Shown in pieces: positions 55,865-64,000 of a stretch of 64,000 bases of DNA. Each line of letters starts with the position of its first letter. Position 1 is the first letter of the stretch. Below the pieces are notes generated by a model, which saw nothing but the letters and a program-made list of their open reading frames with translations, did not search any database and was not told the DNA's origin. Source of the DNA: Chloroflexota bacterium (GTDB taxonomy: Bacteria; Chloroflexota; UBA11872); NCBI GenBank assembly GCA_965207185.1, contig OZ242271.1, forward strand, positions 2,726,522 through 2,790,521. The letters are read 5' to 3'. The position numbers were made by a program, and so were the translations under genes.

Positions 55865-57430
55865 TCAGCTTGGTCTCAACTCGAGCACAGTTACCGTAGT
55901 CTTCGCCCCGGGCCGTTCGAAGGCAGCTACCGGCGTGAATTCCGGATTAAGGCGTAGGAACTGCGCTCCGTCGTCTTGATCGCCGTTGATGAGGGCGTAC
56001 ACAGGGACGCCATGTCCTCGCCAGGCATCCGCAACACCACCGGCGGGATGCCGAATGCGAGTCTCCACATGCACGGCCACGTCAGCTCGTTTCCGGAGTG
56101 CCAGGACTGCCAAATCCCTGGGCGCGCCGTACACGTGGTTTGTGAGCACGATGGCGGAACCAGGCTCCGCGGCAGTGGTGTCAGCGATCCATTGGAGGGC
56201 CTCCGTCTGCCCGAAGCCCGCTGACCATTCTTCGATGTATTGCGCTCGGTCATCGTGGGGAAGAGCGGCACGGAGCGGGTCGGCGACGATCACAATTGCG
56301 GGAATGGCGAGCGAGAGCACAACGGCCAGGGGCGCACCAAGCGTCCAGACTGAGGCTAGGCGTTCACGATGGGCGCCCCGAAGCGCGGTACCGATCGTCG
56401 CGATCACGCGGGCTGTCAGAAGGGCAAGCGGCACCAACGCGGGCAGCGCGTAGCGAGAATAGAGCTTCGCTCCCAAAAAGATGTGAAACCCCAGCCAAAA
56501 CACCAGCACGGCCCAGAGCCACCAGTCCTCGCGGCGACGAGTGACGAATGGGAGAACGAGGGCAGCGGCAGCGGCAATGATCGAGACCGCCGGGAGATAG
56601 GCCAATGCCCATCCGCCCATTTGGGACAGGTTTTCGACCCACTGCTCCAAGGGGATTGCTACAAGGCGGTCGGGAGTGAGCACAAATCCTCGCGCGTGCT
56701 CATAGGTCTGCTGTGACTTTGGGGCCAGAAGGAACGCGATACACGCGACGCTCGGCGGGCCCAAAAGAAACGCGAGCGACTTCGTACGACATCGGAGTGT
56801 GGTCTGGCCGGCAAGCAGGATGCCGACGAGCGGAATGATCAGGAGCAGAGTGCCACTGAGCTTGATCCATAGCGCGAGCGCGACTATGACTCCTGCGCCA
56901 AAGGCAGCGGGCGCATTTCCTCGCGTCGCAGGTACGGACAGGCCCCAGATGAGCGCCGTCAGCATCACGATCAGCGCGTCGGTCAAGGCCAGCCGATTGG
57001 TAAAGACGAGGGCCGGCGAGAGAGCGATCACCATTGCGGCGATTGCGGCTGGCCACACCCCGACAAGGCGTATGCCTGCCCAATAGACCATCGCTACGGT
57101 CAACCCACCGCTCAGGGACGTAATCAGACGCCCGGTAAAGATTGGGTCGTCCAGCCAGCGGTACGCAACGGCGAGAATCCACATGAAGGCCGGGGTCTTC
57201 CAGTCGTCATGGGTCGAAAGCCACAACGTGTCAGCCGATGGCGATTCAGCCAGGCGAACGGCCCAGCGAGCGTAGACGGCTTCGTCGATGAATGGCGGAA
57301 AGGCGTCAAGCTTCGTCAGCAACATAATGGCGCTCACCGCCACGGCGGTTACGCCCAGGGCACGCGGTGTTGCCACATGCAACCAAGCCGAGTTAAGCAA
57401 CCTGGTGAGTCTCGACCGTGCCAGCCTCAT
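55865..57430 (-). CDS. GT39/GT83-like (ArnT/PMT family) membrane glycosyltransferase
   Basis: 521 aa. FPPFIDEAVYARWA follows TM1 (the DE motif), then HDDWKTPAFMW (compare the KPPL segment), about 11 TMs and a soluble C-terminal domain. Confidence 0.6.
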   Translation of the reverse strand: MRLARSRLTRLLNSAWLHVATPRALGVTAVAVSAIMLLTKLDAFPPFIDEAVYARWAVRLAESPSADTLWLSTHDDWKTPAFMWILAVAYRWLDDPIFTGRLITSLSGGLTVAMVYWAGIRLVGVWPAAIAAMVIALSPALVFTNRLALTDALIVMLTALIWGLSVPATRGNAPAAFGAGVIVALALWIKLSGTLLLIIPLVGILLAGQTTLRCRTKSLAFLLGPPSVACIAFLLAPKSQQTYEHARGFVLTPDRLVAIPLEQWVENLSQMGGWALAYLPAVSIIAAAAALVLPFVTRRREDWWLWAVLVFWLGFHIFLGAKLYSRYALPALVPLALLTARVIATIGTALRGAHRERLASVWTLGAPLAVVLSLAIPAIVIVADPLRAALPHDDRAQYIEEWSAGFGQTEALQWIADTTAAEPGSAIVLTNHVYGAPRDLAVLALRKRADVAVHVETRIRHPAGGVADAWRGHGVPVYALINGDQDDGAQFLRLNPEFTPVAAFERPGAKTTVTVLELRPS

Positions 57431-57543
57431 GTCAACTGGCCGCGTGGTGGTCGGCCAGGAGCTCCGGCATCTTCAATTCGTGCAAACCTGATGCCCGGTG
57501 GATTTGGGTGGGCTGTGGACCTTGACATACGAAGCGTGGCGAT

Positions 57544-59127
57544 ATGGGCGTACGCTTGGCACTTATGCGACAAGCCGAGGCCTCTTCTTGCAACGCCGCC
57601 ACCGGCCCGATCTGTGCGCCGAACGGCCAAGCCACCTCAGGAGGGGATGGCGCCTCACGGCGAGACTTCGCTCGCGCCGCAGTGGTCGCCCTGCTGGCCA
57701 GTCTCGTCTACCTGTTGTCGTCTGGAGCGCACGCCTATAGCGTAGATGAGATCACCAACTACGCGTCCGCCCGGGCGCTGGTGGAAACCGGCAGCCCCGA
57801 CCTCGCGGGCGAGCAGCCATTCCCTCGCGAGCAACTGCTGACACTTAGCCATCCGTCGGCTGATCGGATCACAGGTCGCTACGGGCTCTTGTCGTGGGCG
57901 GCCATTGCGCCTGCCTACCTGCTAGCCAGTTGGATTGGATCCGAGCCGCCACCACCCTCGCCGGCATTTCCTCAGCCAAACTCGGTGCGTCCGGTAGCCG
58001 CGCTCTTGTATGGCCCGATAGTGGCGGCTGTGCTGGTTGGCGCGACGTTCTTGCTTGGCCGCAATCTAGGTTTGCGTCCGCGCTACGCGTTGGCCGCCGC
58101 GCTGATCCTGGCGTTCGCGAGTCCGCTGTGGGTCTATGCGCAGGGGTTGGCCAACATCCCCCTTGCAGCCCTGCTAGCCGTGTTGGCATGTCTGCTGGCT
58201 ACGTTTTCGCGACCTGACGCGCGCCACTGGGCGGGCGCTGGCGCTCTCGCGGGGTTGACGGTGGTTACGCGACCGGAGTTCATAGCATTCGGGGCGATCG
58301 TTGGCATCTTGAGCGGCCTCGGATGGAGGCACGGACGTCGGACGGCTCTCTTCCACTCGCTGGCCTATGGCGTTGCATGGACAGCAGTGGCGATTCCGGG
58401 CGTCGGACTCTGGAACCTGTATCGGACCGGCGACTTCTTTGATGTTGGCTATCGAACGGCTTCGATTCTCTGGCAGACCGAGCGAGCCTACATCGGGGTT
58501 TTTGGGGTGCTAGCGAGTCCAAGCTTTGGCGTGCTGGTCTTCATGCCTGCGGCAGCAGTTGGCCTATGGGGGCTGCTCAGCATGGACTCACGCCAGCCAG
58601 TCTGGCTAGCCATGGTGACCCTGGTTGTGATGGCGGTCGTTGGATATGGCTCGTTCCGCGATTGGTCTGGCGGCGTGTCATGGGGACCTCGGTATCTAAC
58701 CGCCGTGGCGCCGTTCCTGGCGCTTGGTACGGCTGCGGTGCTTCAAGCGCGTTCTACAACCCTGGCCATGCGTCTGACAACGGGCGGACTCGTGGCTTGG
58801 TCATTAGGTCTGTCGGTCCTTGGGGTTCTCTTCGACTATCAGACCGGCTGGCGGAACCTCTGGGACCATGGCGCACGGCCTGAACAGATCCTGTGGAACC
58901 CTCATTTCTCACTCATCGGTGCACACCTGCGGCTAGCTCGGCAGTGGCTGGACGGCCAGATAGGACCTGATCTCTATTTCGTACACCGAATGGGTGGGTG
59001 GACGATTGTGCTGTTGGTGGCAGCGCTCCTGACCGTGCTAGGTTTTGCTCTTACCACGGAAGTGCTGGCTGCCAAGCGCGAAAAGAGTCCAGAGTCTCGC
59101 CGTCCTGACCGCATGCCGGATGGCTAG
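57544..59127 (+). CDS. GT-C-like polytopic membrane protein
   Basis: 527 aa. AYSVDEITNYASARALVETGSPDL follows TM1 and many TM helices come after. The family is not resolved by eye. Confidence 0.45.
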   Translation: MGVRLALMRQAEASSCNAATGPICAPNGQATSGGDGASRRDFARAAVVALLASLVYLLSSGAHAYSVDEITNYASARALVETGSPDLAGEQPFPREQLLTLSHPSADRITGRYGLLSWAAIAPAYLLASWIGSEPPPPSPAFPQPNSVRPVAALLYGPIVAAVLVGATFLLGRNLGLRPRYALAAALILAFASPLWVYAQGLANIPLAALLAVLACLLATFSRPDARHWAGAGALAGLTVVTRPEFIAFGAIVGILSGLGWRHGRRTALFHSLAYGVAWTAVAIPGVGLWNLYRTGDFFDVGYRTASILWQTERAYIGVFGVLASPSFGVLVFMPAAAVGLWGLLSMDSRQPVWLAMVTLVVMAVVGYGSFRDWSGGVSWGPRYLTAVAPFLALGTAAVLQARSTTLAMRLTTGGLVAWSLGLSVLGVLFDYQTGWRNLWDHGARPEQILWNPHFSLIGAHLRLARQWLDGQIGPDLYFVHRMGGWTIVLLVAALLTVLGFALTTEVLAAKREKSPESRRPDRMPDG

Positions 59128-59271
59128 TCTTTCCGACAACCACTCCTGATCACACGCCCCGCTCTCCTTGGGGTACATCGCTTGGGACGGTCGCTCGACC
59201 CACTGGGGCAGAACCTGAGAAGGCTCGGCCTGTGAGATGGACGCGAAGACGCGGAACCTCAGACGGTCGGC

Positions 59272-62178
59272 CTAGGGACCCAGCATGGCGTCAAGCGAGC
59301 CTTGGTAGGTCGAGTAGGTCAGGTCCCCGTCGCTGGTAAGCGTGAACTGCAGGACCGGGATCAGACCGACTTCCTGGCCATCGATATTGGGCCGCGCGGC
59401 GAGCAGCCAGTGACCGGGGCCGAGGGCGGGTTGCGGTTCAGCGAGGCTGGTGTAGTCGGTCCCGTCCCAGACGGCGAGGCTGCCTGTCCATGGATCGAAT
59501 TCGTAGAGATAGACGTACTCGTGGGTCGCTGTTTCCGGGACGGGCTGGACCTGGCCGTCGAACCAGCGGACGAACGCTGAGGTGAACGTGGCAGTGCCGA
59601 ACCGATAGGGAAGGTTCCAGGGTGAGTCGTCAGTGGCGACGACGACCCAGTCCTGACCTTGCCAACGGTCGGAGGCACGGTCGGTGAAGATGGCGGTGAA
59701 GGCAATATGCCCGTCGATCATGTGCACGTCAGCGAGTTGAATGCTGAAGTCGCGCGGCGGCGCAGCACGAGAGGAATCGACTGGTCCGTTCGGCGCATAT
59801 AAGGCTAGGTCTTGATTCCACCAGACGGGCCGGCGTGCATCCTCGGGAAGAGCCGAAGGGACCAGCCGAGCCGGCACTGCAAGAAAGTCTGGAGAGTTGG
59901 TGCCCAATGGGCGCGTCGGGATATCTGACAGCGAGTAGAAAGTCCTGAGGTCCACCGTACCGAGTATTCGCGCATGTGACAGGGCCACAGCCAACCGGAC
60001 GGCATCCCTCGGAGGAATGCTGGGTGCGAGATAGATCGAGGCTGATGTCGGAATGACGTGTTGTAGGGCTTCGAGAGAGCCCATGGTTGGCGGGCGATTC
60101 AGGCGCAGAAACTCCGGCTTGATGCGGTAAAGGGCGTCTGTCCCATCGCGCACCAGGAGCTCGAAAAGTCGGGGATCGGCCAGCCGTCGCTGGGCAAGGT
60201 CGGGGAGCGAGGCGACCCAAGCGTTGGTGGCATGCACATAGCGGAGGTCGAGTCGACGTACGGCCGCGGGTTCCAGATAACGCAGCACATCCTGGTATTC
60301 GGGACCGACAAAAGGATATAGGTGGATGCGTCCAACGAGGCCCGAGGCGTTTGGGCGACCTGTGTCGATGCTCATCGGGTTTGGATGGGGTGTAAAGATC
60401 CGTGCGTCAGCCGCGGTTTGGTCACGGATGTAGGCTCGAACGCCTTCCGCGGCAAACGGGGTGACCGTGGAACGCCCCATCCAACGGAACCAAGAGTCGA
60501 ACTCTGCTGGTCCCGGTTGTGCGTTGGCCATGTGAATGCCGCGTTGGAGTGCGATACCGAGCGCGCGAACCGGCGCGGCAATAGTGGGCCAGACAACGAG
60601 AGCGGCAATGCTGGCCACAGCGATGTAGCGCCAGTGCTCGCGTAGGGAGTGGACGCGATGAGCTAGCGCAACCAGGAAAGCTAGCAAGGCCAGGTTGCGC
60701 GCGTGACCGTCAAGGCGAACCAGGTCATTTGAGACCTCGTACTGGAGCGTGAGTGCTGCGATCACGAAACAGGCGCTTCCCATTGCCAGCGCCAGTACCA
60801 ACCGCTGGCCCATACTCAGTAGTGCAGCGGCGACTGCTATCGCAATGGGCCCGATGGCCAACACACGGAGACCGCCTGGCAAGGTCGTGAATAGTCCAAG
60901 CAGATGGCGATGACCTGGGTCGTTGATCCACTCGATCGTGAGGCCACTTCCGATGTTACCGACCAATGCCCCCGTAATCGCCCCGCCGCTAAGTACAAGC
61001 AGCAGCCCGGCCAGGATTGGGCCTCCGGCTCCTAGTGCCAGTGTGCGCCGCATCAGCGGATCTCCTGCTGCGAATCGTGGGGCAGATGCTGACTTGACGG
61101 CGGATCTCGGACTCGTGACGGAAGTTCGATGCTGGTCGGCATGGGCGCGTGCGCGGACAGTCGGCCTCGGCAGAAATCGAGCAGCTTCCAGTACAACCCA
61201 GAGCGAAAGTACAACCAAAGCCACGGTTTCTTCCATAAGTCCAATGAACGCAATCAATACGGCAAGCGTTGTATTTCCAGCCCAGCGGCTTGGCCTAGGT
61301 GCGTCGGCTGCGCGTTCCAAAACAACGAGTGCGAGTGCATAGGCAAGTGTGAACGGGGGCTTCCAGATATTTGGAGGAGACGCGTCCGGTTCAGGCTCGG
61401 ACCACGGCAATTCCACGGTTGGCCAGTACAGGTCGGCAAGCGATGAGCGCAGTTCGGTAGTGGGCAGTTCCAACGGAATGGGCACCCATAAGATGGTGGG
61501 TGCTTCGCCGACAAGGACCAACGTCCAGGCACCGGCGCTAAGAGTCAGGGGACCCAGGATCAGCACACTGGTCCAACCTCCATATCGAAGCAGGGTGGTT
61601 GCTATGACCAGACTGAGTCCTGCCCATCCGAAGGCGCCCAGCAGTTCAGTCGTAAAGGCTAGGTCAGGACCGAACGGTGGGGTCAGCAGTCCGATGGCCA
61701 TGTCAGCCCCATAGTGATAAGGGGCGGGGATCCAAGGGTTCCAGGGGATCACTGGCGGCCAGTTGCCGGCTCGTATCAGCGCGGACAACCCGAGATGAAT
61801 ATGGTCATCGGGAATCTTCAACAGTTGACGCGCGGCCAGTGCGACCCAAAGGAGCGCCAACGTCGTCACGGCGAATCCCGCCAACGTGCGTAGTGGCAGC
61901 TGAAGCCGTGTGCGTGCGTGCCAGGCCAGCCCGACACCGAGCGTCAGCATGATGAGCCAGGCCACCAGTGCTCCGGCTAGCCCTGGCACGAGATAAAGGA
62001 TGAAATTGACCAGCAGTCCCCACGCTGCAGGGCCGATCACCATCCCCTGCGCAAGCGCCATCCGATCGTCGCTCTGCCGCAGCACTACCCGCGCGATAAC
62101 GAAGCCAATCGCCGCAAGCGTCAGCAGTTCCAGGACCAGGAGCAGGAGGCCCGGGAGGACTGTTGGATCAACCGTCAC
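59272..62178 (-). CDS. Large membrane protein: polytopic N-terminal half plus a ~430-aa extracytoplasmic C-terminal domain (Emb-like architecture)
   Basis: 968 aa. VLRQSDDRMALAQG follows TM1, with at least 12 hydrophobic helices to about residue 540 and then a soluble domain. It is a tandem paralogue of the next gene. Confidence 0.6.
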   Translation of the reverse strand: MTVDPTVLPGLLLLVLELLTLAAIGFVIARVVLRQSDDRMALAQGMVIGPAAWGLLVNFILYLVPGLAGALVAWLIMLTLGVGLAWHARTRLQLPLRTLAGFAVTTLALLWVALAARQLLKIPDDHIHLGLSALIRAGNWPPVIPWNPWIPAPYHYGADMAIGLLTPPFGPDLAFTTELLGAFGWAGLSLVIATTLLRYGGWTSVLILGPLTLSAGAWTLVLVGEAPTILWVPIPLELPTTELRSSLADLYWPTVELPWSEPEPDASPPNIWKPPFTLAYALALVVLERAADAPRPSRWAGNTTLAVLIAFIGLMEETVALVVLSLWVVLEAARFLPRPTVRARAHADQHRTSVTSPRSAVKSASAPRFAAGDPLMRRTLALGAGGPILAGLLLVLSGGAITGALVGNIGSGLTIEWINDPGHRHLLGLFTTLPGGLRVLAIGPIAIAVAAALLSMGQRLVLALAMGSACFVIAALTLQYEVSNDLVRLDGHARNLALLAFLVALAHRVHSLREHWRYIAVASIAALVVWPTIAAPVRALGIALQRGIHMANAQPGPAEFDSWFRWMGRSTVTPFAAEGVRAYIRDQTAADARIFTPHPNPMSIDTGRPNASGLVGRIHLYPFVGPEYQDVLRYLEPAAVRRLDLRYVHATNAWVASLPDLAQRRLADPRLFELLVRDGTDALYRIKPEFLRLNRPPTMGSLEALQHVIPTSASIYLAPSIPPRDAVRLAVALSHARILGTVDLRTFYSLSDIPTRPLGTNSPDFLAVPARLVPSALPEDARRPVWWNQDLALYAPNGPVDSSRAAPPRDFSIQLADVHMIDGHIAFTAIFTDRASDRWQGQDWVVVATDDSPWNLPYRFGTATFTSAFVRWFDGQVQPVPETATHEYVYLYEFDPWTGSLAVWDGTDYTSLAEPQPALGPGHWLLAARPNIDGQEVGLIPVLQFTLTSDGDLTYSTYQGSLDAMLGP
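59275..59760. repeat. Direct repeat copy A (3' end of the 968-aa gene)
   Basis: Aligns base for base with 62292-62777 at an offset of 3017 bp. I counted about 12 mismatches by eye in 486 bp. 59444-59716 (273 bp) has none. Confidence 0.9.
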
Positions 62179-62288
62179 TCAGGGAATTTCCGTCGCGGGT
62201 CTTTGTCGGCGTCGGTGCCTGAACGCCTTGGGAGACTCTGGGTTCGATCGGCGAGAGCTCTGACTTCAAACAGATCCATGGCGCCGAG

Positions 62289-64000
62289 TTAAGGACCCAG
62301 CATGGCGTCGAGCGAGCCTTGGTAGGTCGTGTAGGTCAGGTCCCCGTCGCTGGTAAGCGTGAATTGCAGGACCGGGATCAGACCGACTTCCCGGCCATCG
62401 ATATTGGGCCGCGCGGCGAGCAGCCAGTCACCGGGGCCGAGGGCGGGTTGCGGCTTGGCAAGGCTGGTGTAGTCGGTCCCGTCCCAGACGGCGAGGCTGC
62501 CTGTCCATGGATCGAATTCGTAGAGATAGACGTACTCGTGGGTCGCTGTTTCCGGGACGGGCTGGACCTGGCCGTCGAACCAGCGGACGAACGCTGAGGT
62601 GAACGTGGCAGTGCCGAACCGATAGGGAAGGTTCCAGGGTGAGTCGTCAGTGGCGACGACGACCCAGTCCTGACCTTGCCAACGGTCGGAGGCACGGTCG
62701 GTGAAGATGGCGGTGAAGGCAATATGCCCGTCGGTCATGTGCACGTCAGCGAGTTGAATGCTGAAGTCACGCGGCGGCAGGGGCGTAACTGGAATCACGC
62801 TACCGTCGGACGTGTAGACCGCAAACTCGCGGTTCCACCAGACGGGCTGGCGTGCGTCTTCGGGTAGGGCCGACGGGGCCAGCCGGGCCGGCACCGCCAC
62901 AAAGTCCGGAGTCTGCGCGCCAAGGGGCCTTGTCGAGAATTCGGTAATCAAGTGAATCACTCCCGGCTCCACCGTACCGAGCAACTGCGTATGTGACAGC
63001 GCTACAGCTCCTCGGATGCTAGCTATTGGCTCAAGCCCCGGTGCGAGATACACCGGAGCCGACGGGGGAATAACTCGCCGAAGGACTTCGAAGGAATCCG
63101 GATTCGGTGGTTCATCCAGGCTTAGAAACTGTGGCTGGACGCGGTAGAGCGCGTCAGTATCACTGCGAGCTAGTGGTTCGAAGAATCGGGGGTCCTTCAG
63201 CCAGCGCTGGGCACGGGCAGGCAGCGAGCCGACCCAAGCGTTAGGAGCGTGTACGTAAGTGAATCCTAGCCGGCGAATTGCTCTAGGCTCAAGATAGCGC
63301 GCCACGTCGTCGTATCCAGGGCCGGTAAGCGGTTTGAGGTATGTGAGATGGAGGTGGCCTTCAAGCCCCGAGGCGTTGAGACGACCCGTGAGGTAGGTCA
63401 TTTCGCTTGGATGAGGCGAGAAGATGCGCGCGTCGACAGGAGTATGGTTGCGAATATATCCGATTACACGGTCGGACACTGCGGGTTCGATGACAAAACG
63501 CCGCAGATCGTAGTGATACGGGTCAGAGTCCGTGTCTCGGACTCCTGGTTTCGCATTTGTTAGCTGAACGCCGCGGCTCACGCCCTGGGCAATAGTTCGG
63601 ACGGGCAACGCGATCGTCGGCCAAACCACAAGTGCGACGATCAGGACGCAGGCTCCGATGCGCCAGCGCCGGCGCAGGGTGGGCAAGCGGCTGGTCAGCG
63701 CCAGCAGCAACGCCAGCAACGCGAAGTTTCGGGCGTGTCCATCTAGCCGTGTCACGTCAAATTGGAATTGTTCGAACTGAAGCGTCAGCGCGCCGATCAT
63801 CAATGGAACGCTTCCGACAGCAAGAGCGAGTGCCAGGCGGTCACGCCGCGCGAGCAGCACCGCGATCGCTGCCGTCGACGTGGCCCCGACACCAAGGAGG
63901 CCAAGTCCGCCTGGTAAGAACTCAAAGCGTCCCAGGGTCTGGCGGCTCAAAGGGTCGGTAATCCACTGAAGCGACAGTTCGGCTCGAGGTGCGTCCGCCA
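62289..64000 (-). CDS. Paralogue of 59272-62178, 5' end beyond the window
   Basis: The ORF-track TTG at 63950 is internal. The frame stays open to base 64000, and ..ELSLQWITDPLSRQTLGRFEFLPGG aligns with ..LTIEWINDPGHRHLLGLFTTLPGG of the neighbour. The C-terminal ~160 aa are nearly identical to the neighbour. Confidence 0.6.
   Translation of the reverse strand, partial: ADAPRAELSLQWITDPLSRQTLGRFEFLPGGLGLLGVGATSTAAIAVLLARRDRLALALAVGSVPLMIGALTLQFEQFQFDVTRLDGHARNFALLALLLALTSRLPTLRRRWRIGACVLIVALVVWPTIALPVRTIAQGVSRGVQLTNAKPGVRDTDSDPYHYDLRRFVIEPAVSDRVIGYIRNHTPVDARIFSPHPSEMTYLTGRLNASGLEGHLHLTYLKPLTGPGYDDVARYLEPRAIRRLGFTYVHAPNAWVGSLPARAQRWLKDPRFFEPLARSDTDALYRVQPQFLSLDEPPNPDSFEVLRRVIPPSAPVYLAPGLEPIASIRGAVALSHTQLLGTVEPGVIHLITEFSTRPLGAQTPDFVAVPARLAPSALPEDARQPVWWNREFAVYTSDGSVIPVTPLPPRDFSIQLADVHMTDGHIAFTAIFTDRASDRWQGQDWVVVATDDSPWNLPYRFGTATFTSAFVRWFDGQVQPVPETATHEYVYLYEFDPWTGSLAVWDGTDYTSLAKPQPALGPGDWLLAARPNIDGREVGLIPVLQFTLTSDGDLTYTTYQGSLDAMLGP
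62292..62777. repeat. Direct repeat copy B (3' end of the paralogue)
   Basis: See copy A. Similarity drops abruptly upstream of 62777, where only protein-level similarity remains. Confidence 0.9.

Overview
High-GC bacterial chromosomal segment (about 65% GC in hand-counted 60-nt lines). Most of it is housekeeping genes in a Terrabacteria-like order: ggt, dnaN, cdaA-cdaR, argF, a NifS/IscS-type desulfurase, alaS-X-ruvX-mltG-pepP-efp-(BCCP-like), secDF, dprA, nth, tRNA-Pro(UGG) and tRNA-Gly(UCC). Frequent Tat and lipobox signals, YfhO/SpoIID/VanW-type envelope genes and this synteny suggest a monoderm, possibly Chloroflexota-like organism; that is inference only. I found no rRNA, CRISPR array, transposase, integrase or prophage. 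The accessory or unusual content is as follows. (1) A decaying Type IV restriction islet at about 26.8-33.4 kb. It holds a RhuM remnant, a frameshifted mcrC, a twice-frameshifted long-form mcrB with low-GC N-terminal modules and an Ig-like insert, and a frameshifted C45 peptidase. Three of the four frameshifts are repaired by deleting one base of a homopolymer run. The fourth is only localised to a 41-nt overlap, where deleting a T from a T3 run is one possible repair. (2) Toxin-antitoxin modules: a DUF4160/DUF2442 pair, and a tandemly duplicated Phd/YefM antitoxin with conserved palindromic operators but only one VapC. (3) A 636-bp dprA-secD spacer containing five phased 21-22-bp direct repeats, a sigma70-like promoter in an AT-rich patch, and a perfect 26-bp-stem palindrome. 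(4) The last 9.7 kb is a block of five large polytopic membrane proteins. The four whose N-termini are visible have GT-C-type acidic motifs after TM1. Two are tandem ~970-aa paralogues whose 3' ~490 bp are ~97% identical while the rest has diverged. This block is my best candidate for undescribed biology: an extracytoplasmic glycan or glycosylation machine. All homology calls come from reading motifs in the translations, not from database searches.
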